Source: Balanoglossus misakiensis
Taxonomy: Eukaryota; Animalia; Hemichordata
Direction: 5' to 3'
Length of the DNA: 64,000 nucleotides
Assembly: GCA_040954595.2 (NCBI GenBank)
Contig: CM082586.2
Span: 8,029,337-8,093,336, forward strand
Every line of letters starts with the position of its first letter. Position 1 is the stretch's first letter. Under the pieces are notes generated by a model, which worked only from the letters and a program-made list of their open reading frames with translations, was not told the DNA's origin and did not search any database. Positions 1-12,511 of the stretch are shown here, piece after piece. The position numbers were made by a program, and so were the translations under genes.

Positions 1-285
1 ACAAAGGTGATCAGTGCTGCAATGATGCATAGGACACCCAAACTACAGTGAGGTAGTTTGTGGTATGTAAGAAAGTGTATTCTGTGTTATTACACAATTG
101 AATTTGGTATGACGCCATTCTTTCTGCAAATGACGCCATTTTTTGGCCTGTAGCCCCCCCCCCCCTCCCCAGCCAAAGACCTTGGCAGAACATTGACTGT
201 ACACCTAAGACAGGTATATTAAAAATCTACACACAAATATTGAGGTGATACGCGCAGCAGTTTTCAAGGTTTTAATGTAGAAGGA

Positions 286-400
286 TATACAGACATACAA
301 ACATCCATACATACATACAGACGCAACCAATCTCATAAGATCCCATGGTATATATACATATATACACGTATATATATATATACCAAATGGGACCTAAAAA
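286..400. mobile_element. Helentron/HINE-like element end (microsatellite, hairpin, GGGACCTAAAAA)
   Basis: (ACAT/ACAG)n tract followed by the inverted repeat TCCCATGGTATATAT...ATATATACCAAATGGGA and a short A-run. The class assignment is an inference from this architecture. Confidence 0.4.
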
Positions 401-588
401 TGTAGACCAAAATGTATGCCTACCCATTTTCCAACAAGTGCTCTTCTTTCTTCAAAAACCTGTTTGGGTCAAAAGTAATAGAAGTTGATGAAACTAAGTT
501 AATGAGACATGTTGAATTCTATACCCACAGTGAACTACAGAAGACTAGACAGTGTGTCAGCTTAGCTCTACGTGTACATCATGTACAT

Positions 589-683
589 TAGCTCTGCGTG
601 GCAGGGCTGTGTTGTTACGGCGAGACCTCCACTAACTGGGTGGAGGTCTCGCCGTAACAACACAGCCCTGCCACGCAGAGCTA
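589..683. mobile_element. Hairpin MITE with TAGCT termini and 9-bp TSD
   Basis: Near-perfect 95-bp palindrome flanked by CATGTACAT at 580-588 and 684-692. Confidence 0.88.
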
Positions 684-926
684 CATGTACATGTACATCA
701 GTTCAGAGTCATCATCTAAACTTTTATCTGACATTGCTTAGCCGAAGACATGCGTCATTTTCGTTCGATCTATGGAATACTATGATATCGGAATCAATTT
801 ACAAGGATTCCGATCATTGACCAAACATCGTGTTACTTAGCCCTGCGTACAGGTCTGTGTGTTCCCGGCGTTGTACGTGATGGAGGCCGCGTAACACCGG
901 AAGCACACAGAGTACGTGTTACTTAC

Positions 927-1043
927 CTTGTCATTTGTTGCCGAGTGGTTCATCGGAGTCCACGTACTGAATTTCTTTGAGTTAAGGGACTCCATGCCAA
1001 CTTTCTTGGCCTGGAGTTTCTTCTGTTCCGCTGACCACGCCAT
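927..1043 (-). CDS. FBXO16: F-box only protein 16-like, first coding exon (gene continues off the left edge of the window)
   Basis: ATG at 1043, 39 codons (MAWSAEQKK...KFSTWTPMNHSATNDK), then a phase-0 GTAAGT donor (926-921). STWTPMNH...NDK resembles the FBXO16 N-terminus as I recall it (STWTPLNHQLLNDR); ECT2L has a related N-terminus and is the alternative call. Confidence 0.7.
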
Positions 1044-1379
1044 AGTGAACTCTAAAGGCGACCAACAATTAAATCAGATGCGAGATCTTTGGATAATGCA
1101 CTTGACACAACTTGATCAGCTTGTTGCTACCGCCATCTTTGTTAACAACAAACCCACTTCCGCCATTTACACGCATTGTGGGAAAAACGTGTCTGGTTCC
1201 CTGATCCGTATTCCCCGGTAGAGGGCGTGGAGGGGAATACAAGTCGGGGGGGGGGGAACCAGGCTGCATACTTAGCAATCTGATTAAAATCAGATGTAGG
1301 GAACGGCGGCGTTTGAGTCATGGCATGGCTGTGGTGTTTGGGCCTTGAGCAAGGCACTTTATCAATGCTGCTTCCTATC

Positions 1380-1616
1380 CAATCTGATTAAAATCAGATG
1401 TAGGGAACGACGACTTGGTTTTTTTATGCTGTCAACAACAAATTTTCTCCCATCTCCCAGTGCAATTCTTTAGTCGGCATAGCACGCAATCTGATTGGCC
1501 GGGTCGGAATGCGCGATTTCAGCGGGATCTCCATTGAGAGTTGGTCAGATGTAGTGTGAGGCGACAGCATAAAAAAACCAAGTCGCCGTTCCCTACATCT
1601 GATTTTAATCAGATTG
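1380..1616. mobile_element. MITE with ~55-bp TIR (CAATCTGATTAAAATCAGATGTAGGGAACG) and 9-bp TSD (Mutator-like)
   Basis: TSD CTTCCTATC at 1371-1379 and 1617-1625. Solo or related ends at about 1276, 12237, 28119 and 30094-30251. Confidence 0.9.
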
Positions 1617-2090
1617 CTTCCTATCTAACCAGGAGGACATTCTCGTGTTGAGCTCTGCTGTGGCAATTTATGGTTGCAGTGACGTCAGGGCCGTGTTGCC
1701 TGCCTCCACTGGTTATTAAATGGAGTGAATGAACATGTAGCATGCACCTGTCCTCAAAAATCATATCTTGCACAAGAAAACTTTAGATCATTCTCTCAGT
1801 TAACTGATGATAAAATTGGAGTCACCATGCAAAATTTTGAACTGGCGCAAAATTATCAATTTGAAATTAAAAATGGCCACTAATCTCCGAGAACTTTGTT
1901 GGGGAAAATTTACATTGGTGCTGAAAATCTTTCCCTAAATACACTCCAGCTTCTACATCACTCCAAATCAGCAGACAAAGCACACCAATAGTTACTGATC
2001 CCTCATAATGGGGGTCCAAACGCTTTATTTCTGGACAGTTTTCACTTTACATGAGGAGAGTTAACAATTTACATGTTTGTTTGGTTTTGT

Positions 2091-4903
2091 TTAATTCATA
2101 TGGCGAACCAATCTGTTGATGAAGTTTTCCCTGTTGCCAAAGTCACCGCCCTCAACGAAATGATTTCCCTTCTTCCGCAGTCCACCTCTGGGGGCGCTCA
2201 GTTTGAATGGCCACAGGAAGTTGTTTGCTTGCTTGAATCGGTTTCCCACTGTGAAGATTTCGTGGATCAAATCTTCAACACAAATGATGCCAAATTTACC
2301 TGCAAAATAAATGTGTGGTTAAAGAATGAAACTAATATTGAACAATTCTCCTGGTTAATATAAAATTAAAAGATTAATGAATCCTTTCAGCAGACCATAC
2401 ACAATTTGGAATGGATACACTAACACTTATACACACACAAATGCAAAGTAATCCTGTATTTTCAAGTTTGGCTATTATAAACTTGTATTATTTTATAAAA
2501 TGCTGCTCGGCCATGAATATAGACTGCATAAAAACAATTTTTGGAAAATGAATGTAAATTGTACTCGTTTTCAGTCAGCAGCAGACCTGTCTGGCCTCTA
2601 CCACAAAATCTAACTCTTGCCAAGTTTCACCATCCACATGCATTTCAAACCTGACACATTATACTCATCACTACAAGCTACATATCTAATACTCACCTAG
2701 AACTTTTTCCACAAAGACATTGTCTGTGAGTGCAATACGACGACCACTGATCTTGCCATAACCACGCTTGTAGATCAGTTCACGCACTGTTTTCAGGTTA
2801 GGATATCTGTTGATAAAAAGGAACACCATTATTAGCAATTCTTGTTAGTGTTATGACTGTTCACTGCTGTAATCACCTATCCACACAGGGAAAAGATGAC
2901 AAGTTGAATAGAATGATGTATTCTGAATTTTCAGAGTTATAGATGGCGTGGAAGCTTATAGCGGCAGTCACAGTTTTGTACAGTGGAAAATACTTCTTTT
3001 AGAATTACGGAGGGTGGATAAAAATTGATTTTGGAGTCGTTTAATTTTTCTCATAATTTAGCATTATGATTTGGTAGGAACCATTTCCACTGACGTTTTG
3101 CAGTTTTTTTTATTTCTTTTTACATTACCCACTACATGAGGCTCAACCAGTTTGTTTTTCAAAGTGACAGTTCAATAGGAGTGTCACTCAGCCACTCAAT
3201 CTATCAATGACATTTGGCAGTTTCTCTCAAGCAGCAACACAAATCAAAAGGCATTCTAGTCACTTTGCAACAGCTTGGACTGACAAGCACACGTCCATCT
3301 GATGCACATGCTAACCTAAGTACTTACCCCCAAGCAATGTATGGCTCCACAAGTCTCAACATATTGAGCGTAGCCTTGTTCAGTCGGATGAAAACACCAT
3401 TGAAGATCTGACGGAGACGAAGAAGCTGCAAGATCTTGCGTACACGGGGACTAACACCATTAATACTATAAGAGGAAACAAGACAAGCGGTTGATATCAT
3501 GTTTGTGTATACCCATCAGTAAGCCTATTCAAAGGAACCAAGTTCGAAAGTAAAATCATGAAGATAATGGGGCTATTACAAAATTTTGTTGGCAGAATGT
3601 ATAGTACAGGACACATAGCTTTCAAAGGGACTTCAAAATGACAGACCAGTTCACAAAATTGGTAGCTTGGGCCATGGTGTCTGATCTAAAAGCGTACATA
3701 CCCTCTAATTCTGATGACAAATGCCAGTTTGGGTTCCTCTTCAACATAGTAATTGCCATGTTTCTTGGCCTCTCTCTTCAAACGAATGATATCTCGTTCT
3801 TTCTTTCTGTATTCCCGGACATAATCCTCGGCACGCTTGTAGATTTGCTTCTTTTTATCTTTGGCAGCCTGGACAGATCAGAATATCATCATGTTACATG
3901 GCAGACATAAAAAGGGGCAATCCAAATCAGTGATCGGCACTGGGATGGTTGATATGGTGAAAGTCACCATCAAATGCGGGTAATTAACACTACAAGTATA
4001 GATCAAATAGCCCCAAAACAAAACACTGGACAAGAGCTTGAGCTGCACACGTAGCTGCAGGACCACAGCTCACAGTTTTCCCCGATGTTGTTGGTTTGAT
4101 AACCCCTAGCTGCAATGATTGTAGCGGGTGCTGCTAGGTTGTGTGGTGTGTTCGCAGCCTAGCAGCACCCGCTACAATCATTGCAGCTAGATAACCCCTT
4201 GTCCAGTAAGCTGAACAGAAATGAACATAACCTCAGGCTCTGACGCTCGTGTTTTCTATGTAATCATTGAGTGTGCAGATGGCTAAATGTGTACCAGTGC
4301 AGAACTTCAAATGTAGATGTAGTGAAGGTGATCAACCCAACACCGACTGAGAGCATCTGTGCAGGAGTGTGCCATTATGTGACCAGGGCTTAACATTAGT
4401 TTTGAAACGTGTAAAGTACCTTTTTGTACAGCAATCGTGACTTGGCCCGCCTGGCTTTCAGTGCTTCGTACTGCTTCCTCCTCTTCAGGAGCGTCTCCGG
4501 AACTTTGGGAAGCTTCTCGCTGCGTAAAACAAATGGCGAATGGTTAAGCCTTACTGGATCATAACTGCCACAGGGAATATTTATCTACCAGCCACCACAT
4601 TTTTTTATTTAATGTAGATCTTCTAAATACTGTCAGCGACAAAGGAAAAGTTTGACTATCGCTCATTCAAATCGGTTGTCCTCCACATGCTCCCGAACAT
4701 AAACATAGGGTTCATGTGTATGACTGACATTTGATGGTGTATTCTTAAAACGTACGATGGGAAGGAGAAAATAACACTATCAATCAAACAATGGATATCT
4801 TTAATTCTTGAAAATATACTGCAATGGACTAACGGGGACGAACACTGGGAGATGGTGGTCGATTTGTTTCGGATGCTTCTTCCAACACATACCTGTCCGC
4901 CAT
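2091..4903 (-). CDS. RPL7: 60S ribosomal protein L7 (uL30), 6 exons, 244 aa
   Basis: Exons 4903-4893, 4519-4420, 3868-3702, 3465-3328, 2806-2697, 2299-2091, all GT-AG and in phase (735 nt). Translation includes [71 protein letters not shown] and NNFLWPFKL...[15 protein letters not shown] on the minus strand at 2029-2024. Confidence 0.98.
4107..4189. mobile_element. Hairpin MITE with TAGCT termini and 9-bp TSD in RPL7 intron 2
   Basis: 83-bp palindrome flanked by GATAACCCC at 4098-4106 and 4190-4198. Confidence 0.88.
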
Positions 4904-4940
4904 CTTGTTACGGCCAAAAGAGACCGAACATCCGGGTACT
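4896..4940 (-). promoter_or_regulatory. RPL7 core promoter: TCT initiator/5'TOP tract with YY1-like and ETS-like motifs
   Basis: Minus strand reads ...ACCCGGATGTTCGGTCTCTTTTGGCCGTAACAAGATGGCGG. This gives a pyrimidine tract TCTCTTTT (4923-4916), AAGATGGCGG over the start codon and CCGGATGT upstream, as typical for ribosomal protein genes. Confidence 0.75.
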
Positions 4941-5234
4941 TTCAGGTTATAACCACGTTCACGTCTGAAAGGGTCAATCACATAAGAAAGACGCTGACTA
5001 AATGCACGAGAAAGTACAATGCGTCTAAATTTCAAGCATAACCGAATAAAACATGTTAAAACACCACAGTTTATAAATAAATTCTTAATATTTGCTAAGT
5101 TGAACTATGATAAAACACTTCTTGGGCGAAGGTACGCTGCAGTTGACCTGAGGTCAAAGTTTATGACGTCTGCTAACTGTTTACCAGCAGTGGCCCAGGC
5201 CTGGTCGATCCAGCAATACTACACAACAGGCGCT

Positions 5235-7348
5235 ATGACCGTCTTTACAGAACTGTTCACAGGAGTAGTCCGCATAATTATAGCAGTGTTAGCATCATTT
5301 TCGGAAGTCTTTTGTCGCCAAAGCAGGAAGATTCTGACTGATGAAACTGTTGCAGTGGTAGGTGCAGGTAGCGACATCGGTCGCCTGGTGTCAATCAACT
5401 TTGCAGAACAGGGTGCTACGTTGGTGCTTTTGGGTATCAATAAAGAAAGCAATGATGAGACAGCCGAACAGATCCAACAACTCGGGGGAAGAGCCCACAG
5501 CTACGTGGTAGACACCAGCAAAAAAGACGCTGTGTATCGTGTTTGTGAACAAGCCACCAAAGATGTTGGCAACGTGACTATGTTGGTCAATATTGTTGGG
5601 GTGACCAGTGGTCGAAATTTTCTCGATACGACAAATAAAAATATTGAAAGGACGGTGAATATCAATGCAATGGCAGTGGTTTGGGTAAGTTCTAGCAGTA
5701 ATTCATGCAACGATGAGCACAGTTTTGCAGCTGATAATTAACGCCGAACCTGTGTGAATCTGCTAGTCTCGGTAACCAATATTTATAATATGCAATGACC
5801 CCGCCCACCTGTCTACAGTCTAGACATGTGCACACAGTTTAGTCTACATTGGCAGGAAAGAATCGTCATCATTATCATCATCATCATCATCATCACCACT
5901 ACTACTACAGTCATCATCATCATTATCACCACCACCGCAGCACCGTCATCAGACCATCACTGTGTCATCTGTAACTTTTGACTATATTTTCAGTACTATT
6001 ATTCTATATATCAACAAATAAAAATGGCCGATATGCATGATTTACTATCATTTTCTCTTTTCATTTACTGCAATCCTTACAATTTCATTTTTTACAGACG
6101 GTGAAAGCTTTTCTGCCATCCATGATTCTGAACAATCACGGTCATATTGTGACCATTGGAAGTGTGGTTGGTATGGGTGGTCTTGTGGATTTTTCGGTCA
6201 GCAACTCAGCTGCCTTGTCTATCCACGATGTTGTTGAATGTGAGTTGGCCAACAATCATGTTGAGGGTGTCCATACAACACAAGTACAGCTTGGATCAAC
6301 TCCTGAAAAATACCGGTACAGTTCTTTGATCATATTTATCATTTCACCAACATTGGTTTGCTCCAAATCCATTGTTTTCTGTGATCGAGGTGCAGGTGGA
6401 GCTCTGGTGAAAAGGTTGAAGGTATTTAAAGACCTGTACACTTTCAAAATTGATTTTACTTTTTTTTGCATTTGCACTCATATAACACACATTCATGACT
6501 ATAACATAACATATCATAACGGATGCAAAACAAAGAATTGAGTTACTTGGCCTAATCGTGGAGTACTGAATGCCCTCTCTGAATGGTGTGCTGCAAAAAA
6601 AAATTCAAATTATAAATTAAATCGTGTTCAACTCATTATGATTTCATTGTTTTCATTTTTCCAGAGATCTGCCAGTAGTTTCATCCGAAGGGTTGGACAT
6701 GCAGGATGTCTGTGATACGATTGTCGACGCTGTACAGAGAAATAAGCAATTCCTTAGAATCCCTGGTTACATGAATTGGATGCTTTTTTGTAAATCGTAA
6801 GTTGAACACGTTTAACAAGGTTAAAGCTCTAATACATGTAGCTGCCTTTTTTTGGCATTATTTTCATGATTTTATTTTCCACTTTTGAATGGTTCACTTA
6901 TGAGCTTACTGATGGGTATATACAAACATACTATCAACGTCTGTTTTGTGGCTGTACATGTACATTTGAATATGAATACATTATTATAAACGGGCAATAA
7001 AAGTTGCAGCTATTAGGGCTTTAAGGCTATTAAAATGTTAATTTAAAAAAAAATTTAAATGCACACATTCATGTTGACCTTTGAAGGGCCAAGGTTACCA
7101 CTTAAAGCTTGTCATGTACCGGTAACTGTGGTTTGGCCAACAGTGAAACATTTTACATCAAGATTGTGTCAAAAGCCATACTGTTTTATGGGACATACAT
7201 CATCACCAATATCAAAAATGACCGCAATTAGAATAATAAGAATAGGGGAATTAACTACGCTCTGTTTGTTTGCAGATGGATGCCGAGTCCGGCGTTCAAT
7301 TTATTGCAAAGACACATGGGCACAAGTGTGGTCTCTTGGAAGATATGA
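5235..7348 (+). CDS. SDR16C-family (RDH10/SDR16C5-like) short-chain dehydrogenase paralog 1, catalytic motifs degenerate, 290 aa
   Basis: Exons 5235-5684, 6098-6315, 6665-6796, 7276-7348 (873 nt, no stops or frameshifts), with the same intron positions and phases as paralog 2. Motifs are VGAGSDIG (for TGxxxGxG), NIVG (for NNAG) and DFSVSN (for YxxxK). Confidence 0.9.
5866..5940 (+). repeat. (CAT)n/(CAC)n microsatellite
   Basis: Imperfect trinucleotide run in intron 1 of SDR paralog 1. Confidence 0.85.
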
Positions 7349-7764
7349 ACAGATTATCGCATGGACAGACTTGAATAATTTTACAAGAGTGCTATGGAGC
7401 AAATATGATGTTATCAGGGAGACATAACACTTTGGACTCAATCACATCATTAAATTATTTCAGATAAAAACCAGCAAACAGGTTTTTTCCATATGATGTA
7501 ATGTTGTCGAGTAAAACTTATTACCAGTCTGATGGAGGAAGATTGAACTTCAACACTTAATGATCAATGATCAACACTTAATGATCAGAGTTTTTGCATC
7601 TCAGCTAAAAATAAAAATTACAAGTGGGGACAAACAGTTGAGATAGATTGACTGGCAGACATCTGGACAGAGTGGCAATCCAGGGATCATCACTGTTTGG
7701 CTGATTAGTTTAGGTCCCGATAATTCTGATTGGTTAATTGCTATCAGTACACCTGAAACAGGTA

Positions 7765-8163
7765 CCGTAATCACTCTATCAGTTCGACCACAAAAAAATA
7801 AATATGATTTGTGAAAAGTCAAACTAATAGAATAAAAATAACAACAAAAATATTTCCACTCAAAGTGCTTGAATAATTTTTCAGGGGGCACATTTGCATG
7901 GCATGAACTGTATGCACTATCAGCATGTAGTTTAGGTGATATTTATGATAGAATTGAACTGTTTAAGGTCAGCCAGAATAAAATCAGTGAGTTCTGAATA
8001 CCTTGGAAGGTCAAAGTTGCAGATATCTTCATGAAAAATACACAATATCAACACATGCATTTAATCAGTGGTCAAACAATTGAAGGTTATAAAATAATTA
8101 ATTTTCCAAAGAATAGTGGGTGGTTGAATTAATGGAGTGGTTGAACTGATAGAGTGATTACGG
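7765..8163. mobile_element. Tc1/mariner-type MITE (TA TSD)
   Basis: TA-CCGTAATCACTCTATCAGTTCGACCAC ... GTGGTTGAACTGATAGAGTGATTACGG-TA. Confidence 0.85.
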
Positions 8164-9487
8164 TACATCACAGCACCTGTGATTGGTCAATTACGCTGTG
8201 TACTCATTGAACAGGTGTACAATTGAGACACTCCAGACAATTTACATTGATGGACCAAATCGTTGACCCTATAGTGTTTGTTTGCATCTCTGAAGTATCT
8301 CATTGCCGTAAAAAGGCTGTGGTTTTATACGATGATGCTGTATCTCTAAACTATTTGTATTGAAATGTATGTTATCAACAAATCTTTTACGTGAAAATGC
8401 ATGGATTTTTAGATTGTAATATCCTATGATGTGTATATTTTATCGCAAGTGAATAATAAAGTCAAATTTATTGTGCATAAATTCAAATTAATGCTAAAAT
8501 GGATATTGATATTTTTAGAGAAAATAGTAACATGTATATGTTATTTCATTGAAATAACATGGCCAAATTACATTTTCACAAGCCGTGATGACCAAAATTG
8601 TGCCGATAAAAATGGTTATGATAACCAAATGTTACTGCGTACATCAAGTTCCCATATTGTGAGTTTTGACTTTGAGCTTAATGGTGATAGTTGCATACAC
8701 TGCAGTTGAATTTGAACATAGTGCTAGTATGTTCTGAACTGGAAAATCCGTCATTCAAAGGTGCTGAAGGGAGCAAGAAAGCGCCCTCAAGCGATGGGTT
8801 TTCCAGTCCCGATTGGTCTGGCGATTCATTTGGTGGAAACGTGGGAGATGCGTAAAACCATATAGAGACTAACATTCACGCCGTTTTGTTCTGATGGAAT
8901 TTTAAAATTAAACGGTTCCCGAGGATGCAGCAGTTTTCTCTGCCAAATACTAAGTGAGGTTATATTTGACAAAACAATACGTTGGTGTACACTGGGACAT
9001 TGTCAGAATGCCATGGTTTTGTTGGTTGTTTTTAATTTTCTCCTTGTGACGTGGGTTTTTCTGTCTCTGTCTCTGTAAACATGTATATCTGACTCATAAT
9101 AGTGATACAAGACATAATATCATGAATCGTGATACTGGGAACAATCGCATTTAATACTTTGCAGCTATTTCTTTAAAGAAAATCATGATATAAAAACCAT
9201 ATGCATGATAAACTAAGCAAAGAATTACGAATTTGACAGTTATCTCACTGCGCATGATATGTGAGTGGAGGTGAGGCAGATGGGTTCCTCTGTTTGCTGG
9301 TCACCTGTTTCTGACTGTGAACTTTGGACCACTGTGCATCATGCGATGTGACCCCTGGTCCGACACCTGCCGACGATGCATAGTAAAATTCAGTGGTAGA
9401 ATTTTGCACAGAGAGAAGTCTACAATTCAACCGTTGCTATTCCTTGTATATCGACAAACCACGGCGAAGTTTCAATGCAAAGCGACC

Positions 9488-12400
9488 ATGGCTATAATAG
9501 TTGAAGTGTTTATGGTGTGGTTCCAGTTGCTATGGTGCTGTTTGAAAGCAATGGTAGGATATATCGTTCCGACAAAAAAGAAGTCGGTCGCCGGAGAGGT
9601 TGTGCTTGTGACCGGTGCTGGCAGTGGCATCGGTCGGCTGATGTCGATAAACTTTGCCAAGCAAGGTGCTACTTTGGTCCTTTGGGATGTCAACAAAGAA
9701 GGCAACGATGAGACGGTGGAACAGATTCAACAACTCGGAGGTAAAGCCCACAGCTACGTGGTTGACGTCACCAAGAAAGATGTGGTGTATCGTGTTGCAG
9801 AACAAGTGACCAAAGATGTCGGGAACGTGACGATACTGATCAACAATGCTGGGGTGGTGGCTGGCAAAAATTTGCTAGATTGTCCGGATGAGCTGATTGA
9901 AAGATCTATGAACGTGAACGCCATGGCTATGTTCTGGGTAGGTATAGCATATTACCATGCAGAACAGTTTATTCAATTGTATCGGGCAAATGCCCTGTCG
10001 AAAAACTTCTCAATACGTATTATATAACTATAACTTTTTGCAAGCAGGAAAACAGTTTGTACTGGGAATTCACCCACAGTTCAATGTGCGAATCTCAAAT
10101 AATTCGAGACAAAGTTATACTGATCGTCATTTTTGATGTCGCCATGGCGATTTTGCAGCTAAAGGCACTAATTTCTTTTTGCCGTGACAACTGACAAATA
10201 TGAAAAGCAATTACTATGTCGACGTTTCTCAAAATCAAAGACCACGTTTACATTAAATTGAATCAACCAGCTGCAGTCATATGGTTGGATAAATAAAATA
10301 AACGGCCGCAAAAGTTTAGATGGTTTTGAAAAAAACGGTGGATCGATATAATAATACGGACGCCTACCCATAAACTGTAACAATCATTGACTATATACAT
10401 AACAATTGCAGAAATCGTCCGTAGGGAGGCAATCTACTAGATTTATTTAACTGTAAAATACAAGTCACATTCGTTTGTTACGTTGTTTTCAGACCATCAA
10501 AGCATTTGGCCGGTCTATGTATGTGAACAATCACGGCCACATTGTCACCATAGCGAGTCTGGCGGGATCCATTGGCACACCTGGGATGGTTGAATACTGC
10601 GCAAGCAAGTTCGCGGCTGTGGGTCTCCATGAGTCTCTGTACTACGAATTCGACAAGCTTGGTGCCACTGGCATCCATATGACATTGGTTCAACCCTGGT
10701 GGATTGACACAGGCATGTTTGATGGCTTTGCACCCAGGTAGGTACATCTTCTATCAAGTATTACTTGTTTTAATTTCTTCACATAAAAATTAGATTACCA
10801 CGAATTGGACTGTTGTAAAATGCCGAAATAGCTCGTATTATCCAGTAGACACTCGCCAACCAACCAACCAAACAAACAAACAATAAACAAACAAACATGA
10901 AGTGGGTCAAGATTAAAAAGCTTTAATTGTGTCATAAAATAAAATTTGACATTTACAAGTCCGTACTTTGCGTGTACGTCAGAAATTTCTTTCCCGACGG
11001 GTGGAATTTATAGGACACTTACGCATCACATTTTCCTTAATAAAATAAAACAATGTTGGAGAGGTAGTTTGAAATCATTTGAAAAGCAAACCTGGCGATA
11101 TGAAAAGGGACAAGGGAATCATAATGTAACTATTGGCCAGTTTCCAGGTTTATCCTGTTCTGTATACCGAATCATTGCTGACGCTCCCTACAGAATGCTA
11201 AATGTACCGTACTTTGTTTCTTCACATACATGTTGCTTGTATGAACCCCAGCAGCACATACTAGTATGGTTAAACATTCGCATTTCATACCGTGCTTCAG
11301 GGATTCACGTTGTAGATGTTGTATCTGATATAAATGTTACTTTGCAAAGTAACCGGGCCCCGGTACGGGTCAATTCCATAATGCAATAAAATCGTTTCAT
11401 ACGGTGGTTTTGTCTTCCTTCGTTTCGTGAACATAAATTATGTGGACGTGGACTCATTCGTGAAAAGTGTTCATAATGTCGAAATTTTACGAAGATTTAT
11501 TAACCGACTGATCTTGGGACAATAACCCAATATATACCCAAAAGTTCATCAGACACACGATTACAATGTACTATATCAATGTCGTTATTTTAGGAAAGGA
11601 GTGTCACCCCCTGCCTTGCAGCCCCAGTATGTTGCTGATAAAGTGTTACATGCAGTGCAAACCAATCAGGAGGTTTTGATGTTACCACGTGATGGCTATA
11701 TTATACCAGTGTTGAAGTCGTGAGTATCGTTACATCTGTTTGGTATTTGGGTCATTGTTCCTCCTTTTGTTATTCGCTGTTACAATTGGGGATGTAAACG
11801 TCATTTTCTGGAAATAATGAATAATCAAAAACGGAGTACGAACTACACTATACCAGCGCGTGGTATTTCTCTCGTGTCATAGCATTACATTGAGGATGGC
11901 TAGGAAACTCACTCTACTATTGTCACTTTCATGAAATTTCCCGCATAGCAGTAGTCATATAAAAACGTGTATGGTCACCACACTGTATTTTGAGACAAAA
12001 TTCCTTAAATGCAAAATCATTGGTAAAAAATGCTGACTCAGCAGTATTCTTCTTCATTGGTCTTAAGATATGGCCCAGCTTGTATATCAAAAACAAGGTG
12101 ATCCCCTATTTTTTATTACGAATTTTTATTATGCTTACAAAGGAGAAACCAAAACTCCATAATTAACAGAAGTGTGAATACTTGCGATTTTAAAAACGTG
12201 TGTTCCACCGTACCTGCTCACGCGATCACACTATACCAATCTGATTAAAATCAGATGTAGGGAACGGCGACGTGTTTTTTATAGAGTCGTCCAATTTGTG
12301 CCGGAGGCAAACAGAAACAAAATAAGGACGTTTATTTGTCATTACGGTAAAAGAAAACGAACTCAGAAAAAAAGTGTATGTAGAGATTTTTTTGTATTTT

Positions 12401-12511
12401 TACATTTTTTTCAGGCTAATGCCAGCATCCTCAGGCTTCATCATCGGCCGCTTTTCTGGAACATATTCTGCCATGGACAATTTTGTTGGAAGATCCAAGA
12501 AACAGCTGTGA
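9488..12511 (+). CDS. SDR16C-family retinol dehydrogenase (RDH10/epidermal RDH2 SDR16C5-like) paralog 2, canonical, 305 aa
   Basis: Exons 9488-9937, 10493-10737, 11594-11719, 12415-12511 (918 nt). N-terminal hydrophobic anchor, TGAGSGIG, LWDVN, NNAG, GHIVTIASLAG, YCASKFA, IDTGMF, and a C-terminal KKQL (KKxx ER-retrieval-type motif). Confidence 0.95.

Noticed and set aside
2571-2675. GTGATGA ... CTGA box pair in RPL7 intron 5
   Set aside because: No terminal stem, atypical position relative to the 3' splice site, and no recognisable guide.
3505-3575. Possible box C/D snoRNA in RPL7 intron 3 (CCCAT...CTGATGGG terminal stem on the minus strand)
   Set aside because: A D box is present but there is no acceptable C box at the expected position, and I could not identify an rRNA guide.
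3911-4018. Weak hairpin in RPL7 intron 2 (GGGGC/GCCCC closing stem)
   Set aside because: Too imperfect to call an ncRNA or autoregulatory element without comparative data.
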